Positions 1 to 8,384 of a stretch of DNA of 64,000 nt are shown piece by piece. The notes beneath the pieces were generated by a model. The model was not told the DNA's origin. It was given only the letters and a program-made list of their open reading frames with translations, and did no database searches. Positions within the stretch are counted from its first letter, which is position 1; every line of letters begins with the position of its first letter. The translations under genes and the position numbers were made by a program. Origin of the DNA: an uncultured Candidatus Saccharibacteria bacterium (lineage in GTDB: Bacteria > Patescibacteriota > Minisyncoccia > UBA6257 > UBA9933); assembly GCA_964428615.1 (NCBI GenBank), contig CAYRXZ010000001.1, positions 2,334-66,333 of the forward strand. Direction: 5' to 3'.

Positions 1-789
1 TTTAACAAGCTTTTGCAAAGCCATTCTAGCAACTTCCCTTCTTATTGGATCAAAAGAAGAAATTACGATGCTTTCCGGAGTTTCATCTATAATAAATTCT
101 ACTCCGGTGGCGCGCTCCAAAGCACGGATATTTCTTCCTTCTCTACCAATTATTTTTCCCTTTAAATCTTCATCGTTTAAAGTAAAAACAGAGGTCGTCA
201 CATCGCTTACATGCGAACGCGCATAGCGTTGCATGGCTGTTGTCATAATATCCAAGCTCTTGTGTTCAATTTCCTCGCGTCTTTCTTTATCCATTTTAGA
301 AAGAGTTGAAACAAGTTCGCCTTGATGTAACTCTTGAGCATTTTTTAAAAGAATTTCTTTTGCTTGAATAGTAGACATCCCGGAAACTTTTTCAAGATCA
401 GAAACAACTTTTTTCTTAAGTTCATCTATTTCCGTTTTAGCTATTTTTAATTTTTCTATATCTTGCAAAGACCTTTCTTCGCGCTGTTTTAATTCAATGG
501 ATTGCGAGTCTAAATGCTCTTCTTTTTTAAGAAGCCTTTCTTCAAGTTTGCCAAGTTGAATTTTACCTTCTTTTTCAGCTTTTTTAATTTCTTCAAATGC
601 ACCCGTAGCCTTTTCTTGAGCTTCAAGAATTATTTCTTTTGCTTTTGATTTAGATTCTTCGATCTGCCTTTTTATTTTCTGCTCGACAGAATTAAGATTT
701 TTAGAAGCTATTATTTGGCGAATAAAATAGCCGGCAAACACCCCCAAAACAACCAAGCCGGCCCAAAAAAGCGGGTTTTGATAAATCAT
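1..789 (-). CDS. rny: Ribonuclease Y (partial; N-terminal TM anchor, coiled coil and KH domain; gene continues beyond window start)
   Basis: Reverse translation gives N-terminal TM helix, long coiled coil, and KH motif [41 protein letters not shown] typical of RNase Y; ATG at ~789. Confidence 0.75.
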   Translation of the reverse strand, partial: MIYQNPLFWAGLVVLGVFAGYFIRQIIASKNLNSVEQKIKRQIEESKSKAKEIILEAQEKATGAFEEIKKAEKEGKIQLGKLEERLLKKEEHLDSQSIELKQREERSLQDIEKLKIAKTEIDELKKKVVSDLEKVSGMSTIQAKEILLKNAQELHQGELVSTLSKMDKERREEIEHKSLDIMTTAMQRYARSHVSDVTTSVFTLNDEDLKGKIIGREGRNIRALERATGVEFIIDETPESIVISSFDPIRREVARMALQKLVK

Positions 790-920
790 CGTTTAATAAT
801 CGCGAATAATCACGAAGTTGAACACGTTTTAAATTTTTAATTAATAAGTCCGTGGCCATATTCGTTTCAATTGGCGAATCTTTGTTTGCTATAAATTCAT
901 TATAACGGTAAAATAAAAAT

Positions 921-2462
921 ATGTCAAAACAACCGATTATATTGGCAATTTTAGATGGCTGGGGAGAGGGCCAGCCAAATAAAACAAATCCTATTTATAC
1001 TGCCGAACCAAAAAACTTTGATTATTTAAGAGCTAATTTCCCAAGCGGATTACTTCAGTCATCCGGCATCAGCGTCGGCTTGCCCTGGGGAGAAGAAGGA
1101 AATAGTGAAGTAGGACATTTAAATTTGGGCGCCGGAAGAATTATCTACCAATATTTGCCGAAAATTGATTTTGCTATTCGCGATGAAAGTTTTTTTAAAA
1201 ATCCTGCCATCAGAAACGCCTTTGAGCATACAAAAAAATATAATTCCAGCGTTAATCTGATAGGTTTAATAGGCAACGGCAATGTCCATTCTTCTTTTAA
1301 CCATATAAAATCACTTATCGAATTCGCGGTAAAAGAAAATGTTCCAAAAATAAATCTTCATCTTTTTACCGATGGCCGCGACAGCGCGCCGATTTCTTCA
1401 ATAGAAACATTAAATCGTCTGCCAAAAGAAGCTAACCTGGCAAGTATTAGCGGCCGTTTTTTTGGCATGGACAGAGAGGGTTATTGGGACCGTACCAAAA
1501 AAGCTTATTCTGTGATGATTGGAGAAGGTCCAGTAAACACCGATATTGAAACTTATATTAAAAATTCTTATGCGGGCAAAAAAACCGATGAATACATTGA
1601 ACCGACACGCGTAAAAGAAGGATGTGAAATTAAAGATAACGACGCGGTAATATTTTTTAATTTCCGCGAGGATAGAATCAGGCAAATGGCATCTGTTTTC
1701 GCCGATAGAAACTTCCAGAAATTCCCGGTTAAAAGTATCAACAATCTCTTTGTGGCAACAATGACACCTTACGATAAAAATATAAGCGCGGCAGTTATTT
1801 TCCCAAATGAAAAAATTGATTATTGTCTAAGTAAAATCTTGGCTGAAAACGGGAAAAATCAAATTAGAATAGCCGAAACTCAAAAATATCCTCATATAAC
1901 TTATTTTTTCAATGGCCTGGAAGAAAAGCCATTTTTAAATGAATATCGAACTTTAATCCCTTCAAGGCCGATTGTCAGACAAGACGAACACCCTGAAATG
2001 ATGACTCCAGAAATAGCCAATCGCGCCATAGAATCTATAATGGAAGATGCATTTGATTTTGTGCTTATAAATTTCGCCAATTCCGATATAATCGCCCACA
2101 CTGGAAATTATGATGCTTGTGTTAAAGCAGTAAAAGTAATTGATGAACAAATAGGAAAACTCATAAAAACCGTTTTAGAAACTGATGCTACTCTAATTAT
2201 TACGTCCGACCATGGCAATATAGAAAAAGTTATAGACGAAAGAACTGGGAATATCGAAACTAAACACAATGCCAATCCTGTGCCGATTTATATAGTTTCT
2301 AAAAAATTTATGCGTCCCAGAACTCAAGAAGAAATTCTTAGATCAAGAAAAGAAAACATCGGCATTTTAGCCGATGTCGCGCCCACTATTTTGGAATTAA
2401 TGGGTCTCCCCCAGCCAAAAGAAATGACAGGGCAGAGCCTAATTAAGTTTTTGGTGAGCTAG
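921..2462 (+). CDS. gpmI: 2,3-bisphosphoglycerate-independent phosphoglycerate mutase
   Basis: 513 aa; N-terminal ILDGWGEG and SEVGHLNLGAGR metal-binding motifs of iPGM. Confidence 0.9.
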   Translation: MSKQPIILAILDGWGEGQPNKTNPIYTAEPKNFDYLRANFPSGLLQSSGISVGLPWGEEGNSEVGHLNLGAGRIIYQYLPKIDFAIRDESFFKNPAIRNAFEHTKKYNSSVNLIGLIGNGNVHSSFNHIKSLIEFAVKENVPKINLHLFTDGRDSAPISSIETLNRLPKEANLASISGRFFGMDREGYWDRTKKAYSVMIGEGPVNTDIETYIKNSYAGKKTDEYIEPTRVKEGCEIKDNDAVIFFNFREDRIRQMASVFADRNFQKFPVKSINNLFVATMTPYDKNISAAVIFPNEKIDYCLSKILAENGKNQIRIAETQKYPHITYFFNGLEEKPFLNEYRTLIPSRPIVRQDEHPEMMTPEIANRAIESIMEDAFDFVLINFANSDIIAHTGNYDACVKAVKVIDEQIGKLIKTVLETDATLIITSDHGNIEKVIDERTGNIETKHNANPVPIYIVSKKFMRPRTQEEILRSRKENIGILADVAPTILELMGLPQPKEMTGQSLIKFLVS

Positions 2463-2497
2463 ATAATTGGATAATTAGTTTTTCAAAAACTAATTCT

Positions 2498-3748
2498 CTA
2501 ATTCTCCAGTTTTCCAATCTCTAATAATCTATTATATTTTATCATTCTTTCCGGCGCCGATGGGGCGCCGGCTTTTATCCCAAAAGCTCCGGTTCCCACC
2601 GCTAAGTCAGCTATAAAATCATCCATTGTCTCGCCGCTTCTGTGAGAAATGACTGCTTGCCAATTATTCTCATATGCCAGTTTAACTACATTTAAAGTTT
2701 CTGTTAAGGTACCGATTTGATTCGGCTTTATTAAAATCGTGTTGCCGGATTTTTTTTCTATCGCGGTTTTTAACCTTTCAAAATTAGTTGTTGTTAAATC
2801 GTCTGTTATCACCAATAATCCGTGTAAATCCGTGTTCGGGTCCGTGTAAATCCGTGTTGTGAGAGACGCGAACGAATCAAATGACTCTTCGGAAAAAGGA
2901 TCCTCTATCGAAAAAATTTTATATGCTTCAATAATTCTATAATAATAATTTCTCAATTCTTCTGCTGAATATTCTTTTTTGCCCAGAATATAAACTCCCC
3001 CTTGTTTGTCGTTTGTCGTTTGTAGTTTATAAAATTGCGTTGCTGCCGTATCCAAGCCGATTTTCAATGGATAATTATGCTTCAAAATCAAATCCGCCAT
3101 AATCTCAAGCGCTTGTTCATTATTCTCAAAGGGGCACGAAAATCCCGCTTCATCACCAAACATAATATTTTCTTTACTAAATTTTTCCTCAAGAGATTCT
3201 CCTAATTTTCTGTAAAATTCTTGCCCCAAACCTAATGCCAAATTAAAGTCTTGTGTGTCGGGAATTATCTGAAATTCCTGAAAATTCAATTTTGATTCCG
3301 GATGCGTGGCATGCGCCCCGCCATTTATAACATTAAAAAGGGGTCGCGTGCTTCTTGAAACCTGAAACTTAGAATCTGAAATTTTATTTATATATTCAAA
3401 CAATTCAACGCCTTCTTTTTTTGCTTTTGACCGCGCAAACGCCAAAGACAAAACCAAAGTCAAGTTTCCGCCAAGATTACTCTTATTCTGGGTGCCGTCT
3501 AAATAAATCAAAAAATCATCAAAATCTTTTTGATCTTTAAATTCTCTGCCTAAAATGCCGAGCTTTGTCTTATTAAATTTTTCAACAGCAAGTTGTGGTT
3601 CCAACACAAACGCTTCATGCGCCCCCCGGCTTTTTCCGCTTGGAGCCGAGGCTATTGCTGAAAATTCACCGGCTTTTAATTCCGCTTCCAATGTATCTTT
3701 CCCCCGCGAATCCTGAATTATTTTTAAATTAATATCAATAATTTTCAT
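2498..3748 (-). CDS. eno: Enolase (phosphopyruvate hydratase)
   Basis: 416 aa; C-terminal SHRSGETMDDFIADLAVG and KYNRLLEIG enolase signatures; contains short in-frame tandem repeat inserts. Confidence 0.9.
   Translation of the reverse strand: MKIIDINLKIIQDSRGKDTLEAELKAGEFSAIASAPSGKSRGAHEAFVLEPQLAVEKFNKTKLGILGREFKDQKDFDDFLIYLDGTQNKSNLGGNLTLVLSLAFARSKAKKEGVELFEYINKISDSKFQVSRSTRPLFNVINGGAHATHPESKLNFQEFQIIPDTQDFNLALGLGQEFYRKLGESLEEKFSKENIMFGDEAGFSCPFENNEQALEIMADLILKHNYPLKIGLDTAATQFYKLQTTNDKQGGVYILGKKEYSAEELRNYYYRIIEAYKIFSIEDPFSEESFDSFASLTTRIYTDPNTDLHGLLVITDDLTTTNFERLKTAIEKKSGNTILIKPNQIGTLTETLNVVKLAYENNWQAVISHRSGETMDDFIADLAVGTGAFGIKAGAPSAPERMIKYNRLLEIGKLEN
3003..3030. repeat. Heptamer tandem repeat (CGTTTGT)x3+1 inside eno
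   Basis: cgtttgt cgtttgt cgtttgt agtttat; encodes QTTNDKQ segment in-frame. Confidence 0.6.
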
Positions 3749-3942
3749 TTTATGAAAAATCCATTATAAACCCAAAATATATCAATTAATAATCCCAAAA
3801 CACCGATAACCAAAATTGTCATTAAAACCCATAAAGGAAATAACTTTTTAAACTTAAGCCCCCACAATGAAATACAAATTAAAAATGCAAAGATGAAAAT
3901 GCCAAAGATATCAAAAAATTCCGGTCGCATAAAGTTAAACAT
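3745..3942 (-). CDS. Small hydrophobic membrane protein (hypothetical)
   Basis: 65 aa, two predicted TM helices; 4-nt overlap with eno start. Confidence 0.3.
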   Translation of the reverse strand: MFNFMRPEFFDIFGIFIFAFLICISLWGLKFKKLFPLWVLMTILVIGVLGLLIDIFWVYNGFFIK

Positions 3943-3953
3943 ATTAATTAACT

Positions 3954-4583
3954 TTAATTCACTATAATCTTATTAATAATAAAAAAATCTTTTACAATTT
4001 CAAAAATTTTTCTGTGGCCCTCAGAATTCGGGTGCAGACCGTCTTCTGATAAATTTTCATTCCCTTTTAATTGATCGAAGACTTCTATAAATAAAAGATC
4101 ATTCTCCTCGCAAACTTTTTTTATAATTTCATCGTATTTTTGAATATATTCATTTTTGTAAAATTTATCTGTATCCCATGGAATCGGCGTAGTTTTTAAT
4201 TCTTTAATCGGCGTTAAACCGACAAAAATTATTTTCCCCGAAAACTGCTTAACACGACTTATTAAAAATAAAATGTTGTTTTTAAAATTTTCGAGCGGAA
4301 CCCGAAAACTATTTTTAGTAGGAATAAATTGAGAATCATTTATTCCTATCGCAAAAATAAAAATCGTTTTTTCTTTACTGTCAAATCTAATCCTTATTTC
4401 CTGTTCAAATCTTTTTAATAAAGCTTCCGTATTATCACCGTTGATCCCAAGATTATATACGGAAAAATCGCTTTCGTCAGACAAATTTTTATCATCTAAA
4501 AACTTTCTTAGCCTTTTCACCCAACCGCCCTCATTATCACAAGCACCATAAGTTATACTATCCCCAAAAATAAGAATTGTCAT
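3954..4583 (-). CDS. SGNH/GDSL-family hydrolase
   Basis: N-terminal ILIFGDSITYG (GDS(L) block I) and downstream conserved blocks of SGNH hydrolases. Confidence 0.6.
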   Translation of the reverse strand: MTILIFGDSITYGACDNEGGWVKRLRKFLDDKNLSDESDFSVYNLGINGDNTEALLKRFEQEIRIRFDSKEKTIFIFAIGINDSQFIPTKNSFRVPLENFKNNILFLISRVKQFSGKIIFVGLTPIKELKTTPIPWDTDKFYKNEYIQKYDEIIKKVCEENDLLFIEVFDQLKGNENLSEDGLHPNSEGHRKIFEIVKDFFIINKIIVN

Positions 4584-4584
4584 T

Positions 4585-7011
4585 TTATTGCTTCTTCAAT
4601 TTCTTCTCCTTTTCGTAAACTTTCAAAGTCGTTTTTATCACCGTGTCCGGGTTTAAAGACATACTCTCAATGCCTTGTTCAACCAAAAACTCGGCAAAAT
4701 CGGGATAATCAGACGGAGCTTGGCCACAAATACCAATATATTTCTTGCGTTTGCGGCATTTTTTGATTACTTCGACGATTAATTTCTTAACTGATTCATC
4801 TTTTTCATTTGCTACGTCGCGAACCAATTCCGAAGCGTCACGATCTATACCAACTGTTAATTGAGTTAAATCATTTGAACCGATACTCATGCCATCAAAA
4901 ATATTTAAAAATTCGTCCGCTAAAACAACATTTGAAGGAATTTCGCACATGACAAAAATATTAAGATTTTTGTCACCCCGAGCTTGCCGAAGGGTTTTCT
5001 TTATTATTTCAATAACTTTCTTGCCTTCTTCCACTGTCCGGCAAAACGGCACCATTACCGCCACATTATCCAATTTCATTTCTTCACGAACTTTTTTAAT
5101 TGCTTTAAGCTCTAATACAAAAGCCGAAGCAAAATTCGGGTGATAATAACGCGAAGCGCCACGCCAGCCAATCATTGGATTTTCTTCTTGTGGCTCATAA
5201 ATTTCTCCGCCAATTAAAGTACAGTATTCATTTGTTTTAAAATCCGAAAACCTTACAATAACTTGTTTTGGATAAAACGCCGCGGCGATTTTTGCAATTC
5301 CATAAGCAAGCTTATCAATATAAAATTGTTTTTTATCTATGTAGCCTATTGTTTTTTTATCTACAAGTTTTTTTACCGCCACAGGAAGTTTTTTATAATT
5401 TATTAAAGCATTTGGATGAATACCGATATCACTGGCGATAATAAATTCTTCTCTTGCCAGCCCGACACCATCATTCGGCAAAAGCGATTTTTCAAAAGCT
5501 GTATCCGAAGTAGCGATATTCATCATTATTTTGGTCTTCGGTTTAGGAAATTTTTTAACGTTATTTTCTATCACTTTAAAATTCAAAGCTCCATCGTAAA
5601 TTACGCCCTCGCTGGAAGTGGTGTCTACGGTTATAGTCTGACCCGTTTTTATCTTTTTTGTGGCATTGCCAGAGCCTACAACGCAAGGAATGCCCAATTC
5701 ACGCGAAACTATAGCTGCATGTGAAGTTCGTCCGCCTTTATCTGTAACAATCGCCGAAGCGATTTTCATAATTGGCTCCCAATCCGGGTCTGTCATATCA
5801 GTTATTAAAACTTCGCCCGCTTTAAACTGGCTTATTTGTTTAGCGTCTAAAATTATCCGCGCTTTGCCAACGGCAATTTTATTCCCTACTGATGCTCCTT
5901 TTACAATAACCCTTTTAATTTGTCTCTTATTGCTCGTCACTAATCGATATTCTTTTATTTTTGAAAAATCCCGGCGGCTATGAACTGTTTCTGGTCTGGC
6001 TTGAACAATAAAAAGTTCTCCTGTTTTGCCGTCTTTCGCCCATTCCATATCCATTGGCGTCCATTTTTTCCGCAAAGTCGTGTAATGTTTTTCTATTATC
6101 ATTGCCCACTCCGCCAATTTCAAAATTTCCGCTTCACTTAAAATAAATTTATTTTTTTCTTCTATTCCTACGTCTATAACTTTTGTTTTTTTAATACCGC
6201 GACCGGTTGAATAAACCATTTTACGGCTCTTATCGCCAAGCCGTTTATCTATAATTGCCCTAGTCTTTTTGAAAACCAAGAACTCGTCCGGCGTTACTTC
6301 TCCCTGCACAACCATTTCGCCTAAACCCCAAGCGCCGTTTATTAAAACTACATCTGGAAAACCTGACTCCGTATCAAGTGTAAATATTATTCCCGAACAT
6401 CCCAAATCTGAGCGCACCATTTTTTGTACACCCACTGAAAGAGCCATTTTAGTGTAATCAAATCCCTTATCCGCCCTGTAAGAAATCGCCCTATCTGTGA
6501 ACAAAGAAGCAAAAGATTCTTTCACCGCTTGTAAAACTTCTTTTGTGCCGCGAATATTCAAAAATGTTTCGTATTGGCCGGCAAACGACGCATCGGGCGC
6601 GTCTTCTGTTGTCCCGCTGGTACGAACTGCCACATCTGCATTTTTACCATATTCTTTTTCTAATTTTTTATAATTTAAAGCTATTTCTTCTTCAAGTTCT
6701 CTTGGCACATCAACGCTTTTAATCATTTCCCTGATTAATTTTCCACGCCTAGCTAAATCCGGAAGGTTATGGGTATTTAAACCTTTAAGTGTTTCCGCTA
6801 TGAAAACTTCTATTGTTTTGTTTTTGTTTTTAAGTTTTGTATTTTTTAAAAAATACCTATATGCTTCCGCCGTTACCGCGAAACCATCGGGTATATTTAA
6901 ACCTTTCGGTTTTAAATATTGGATCATTTCCCCAAGCGAACCGTTTTTCCCACCCACTTCTAAAACATTTTTAATTCCTACTTCTTTAAATTGTTTTATA
7001 AATTTTTTCAT
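4585..7011 (-). CDS. ppsA: Phosphoenolpyruvate synthase (pyruvate, water dikinase)
   Basis: 808 aa; N-terminal VGGKNGSLGEM like E. coli PpsA, PEP-utilizing mobile domain GGRTSHAAIVSRELGIPCVVG, C-terminal TIM-barrel PEP-binding domain. Confidence 0.85.
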   Translation of the reverse strand: MKKFIKQFKEVGIKNVLEVGGKNGSLGEMIQYLKPKGLNIPDGFAVTAEAYRYFLKNTKLKNKNKTIEVFIAETLKGLNTHNLPDLARRGKLIREMIKSVDVPRELEEEIALNYKKLEKEYGKNADVAVRTSGTTEDAPDASFAGQYETFLNIRGTKEVLQAVKESFASLFTDRAISYRADKGFDYTKMALSVGVQKMVRSDLGCSGIIFTLDTESGFPDVVLINGAWGLGEMVVQGEVTPDEFLVFKKTRAIIDKRLGDKSRKMVYSTGRGIKKTKVIDVGIEEKNKFILSEAEILKLAEWAMIIEKHYTTLRKKWTPMDMEWAKDGKTGELFIVQARPETVHSRRDFSKIKEYRLVTSNKRQIKRVIVKGASVGNKIAVGKARIILDAKQISQFKAGEVLITDMTDPDWEPIMKIASAIVTDKGGRTSHAAIVSRELGIPCVVGSGNATKKIKTGQTITVDTTSSEGVIYDGALNFKVIENNVKKFPKPKTKIMMNIATSDTAFEKSLLPNDGVGLAREEFIIASDIGIHPNALINYKKLPVAVKKLVDKKTIGYIDKKQFYIDKLAYGIAKIAAAFYPKQVIVRFSDFKTNEYCTLIGGEIYEPQEENPMIGWRGASRYYHPNFASAFVLELKAIKKVREEMKLDNVAVMVPFCRTVEEGKKVIEIIKKTLRQARGDKNLNIFVMCEIPSNVVLADEFLNIFDGMSIGSNDLTQLTVGIDRDASELVRDVANEKDESVKKLIVEVIKKCRKRKKYIGICGQAPSDYPDFAEFLVEQGIESMSLNPDTVIKTTLKVYEKEKKLKKQ

Positions 7012-8381
7012 ATTTTTAATATTAACATTAAATCTGATACATTAAAAGTTTTCTTTTCTGTAAAAATTAAATCTCCGGTTTTTTTAAAAAAATCAAAAAC
7101 ATTATGATTTTTAAGATATTTTTCAAAGTTTAATTTCAACTTCTGAGCCTTACTTATTGTCAAAATATCGCCAATTGCGCCCGCAGCCTCGGTATTATCT
7201 TTGCCGTCACTGGCAACGCTCAAAAGAACGTAATTCTGAATTCTAAATTCTGAATTCTGAATTAGCATTTCTAAAACTCCAAGCACCGCCTCCATATTCC
7301 TTCCTCCCTTGCCCGGATTTTTCCCTAAAACAATCGTCGTTTCTCCCCCAGCCACAGCAATGTTTACTTTCCTATAGGAAAGTAAACCAACCAGTGGTAT
7401 TAAGGAATTTTTGGCTTCTCCGTTTAATTTATATGAATAAATTTTCGGCAAAAACCCCAATTTTTTCGCCTTTTTCACCATTGCCATGATGGGCTCGCGG
7501 TTGGAAACAAACAAAATATTTTTGACACTTTTAAAATATTTTTTATCCCCGGTAGTAGAACTTCGTTCGCTACGGGGCTTCGCTTTCGGCGTTTCTATCA
7601 ACAAATTACGCGTAACAGGCGACAATAATCCATATTTTTTCAAAATTTTTTCCGCGTCTTTTTTTGTTGTTTTATCAGGCATTGTCGGACCGGAGGCCAC
7701 CATAGATAAATCTCCGCCTATAACGTCGGAAACTATTAAAGAAATCATTGTTGCCGGATAAGCAATTTTCGCCAGCCCGCCGCCCTTAACTTCGGATAAG
7801 TGCTTTCTTATTGTATTAAGCTCAATTATATTAGCTCCAGCGCTAGTTAATTTACTAAAAATCTCACGTGAAGCTTTTAATTCTTTTTTTGAACCGCAAA
7901 GCAATGCCGAACCGCCCCCGCAAATAAAGGAAATTATTAAATCATCTTTACCGGCTTTTCCCGCCAATTCAATTATTTTTTTTGTGGCTCTCACATTTTG
8001 AAGTGACGGTAGCGGATGCGTACCCGTTAAGAATTCAGAATTTAGAATTAAGAATTTAGAATTTAGGGACGGCTTATTAATATCTAAAGCAATACATTTA
8101 TTCAATTTTTTGCCTAAAATATCTGCCAGTGCCATACTCGCCAAAGCCGAACCCTTACCAATTCCAATGATAAAAACTTTTTTATAATTACCCAAACCTA
8201 TTTCTAATTTTCTGCTTCCCTTCAAGGAAGCAGATTTTATTGTAAGTTTACTGCCGTTCAGCTCTATTTTTCCACCTATTACCTTTTGAATATTTATTGC
8301 ACTATATCCCGCTTCAATAATTTGAAGCGCTTTTTTACGAAGCGGACTTTTCGCTAAATTTTTAAAATTAGTAATTATCAT
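7008..8381 (-). CDS. Glycerate 2-kinase, MOFRL family (DUF4147 + MOFRL domains)
   Basis: 457 aa; motifs GGGSALL, NTIRKHLSEVKGG, SDVIGGDLSMVASGPT, AGGETTIVLGKNPGKGGRNME match Thermotoga-type glycerate kinase; two in-frame heptamer repeat inserts. Confidence 0.7.
   Translation of the reverse strand: MIITNFKNLAKSPLRKKALQIIEAGYSAINIQKVIGGKIELNGSKLTIKSASLKGSRKLEIGLGNYKKVFIIGIGKGSALASMALADILGKKLNKCIALDINKPSLNSKFLILNSEFLTGTHPLPSLQNVRATKKIIELAGKAGKDDLIISFICGGGSALLCGSKKELKASREIFSKLTSAGANIIELNTIRKHLSEVKGGGLAKIAYPATMISLIVSDVIGGDLSMVASGPTMPDKTTKKDAEKILKKYGLLSPVTRNLLIETPKAKPRSERSSTTGDKKYFKSVKNILFVSNREPIMAMVKKAKKLGFLPKIYSYKLNGEAKNSLIPLVGLLSYRKVNIAVAGGETTIVLGKNPGKGGRNMEAVLGVLEMLIQNSEFRIQNYVLLSVASDGKDNTEAAGAIGDILTISKAQKLKLNFEKYLKNHNVFDFFKKTGDLIFTEKKTFNVSDLMLILKI
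7232..7265. repeat. Heptamer tandem repeat (AATTCTR)x5 inside glycerate kinase gene
   Basis: aattctg aattcta aattctg aattctg aattag; encodes IQNSEFRIQN in-frame. Confidence 0.65.
8031..8066. repeat. Heptamer tandem repeat (GAATTYA)x5 inside glycerate kinase gene
   Basis: gaattca gaattta gaattaa gaattta gaattta; encodes LNSKFLILNSEF. Confidence 0.65.
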
Positions 8382-8384
8382 AAA

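Noticed and set aside
7232-8066. Heptamer repeat blocks as a possible CRISPR array
   Set aside because: Units are 7 nt with no unique spacers, lie inside ORFs, and no cas genes are nearby; they are microsatellite-like tandem repeats.
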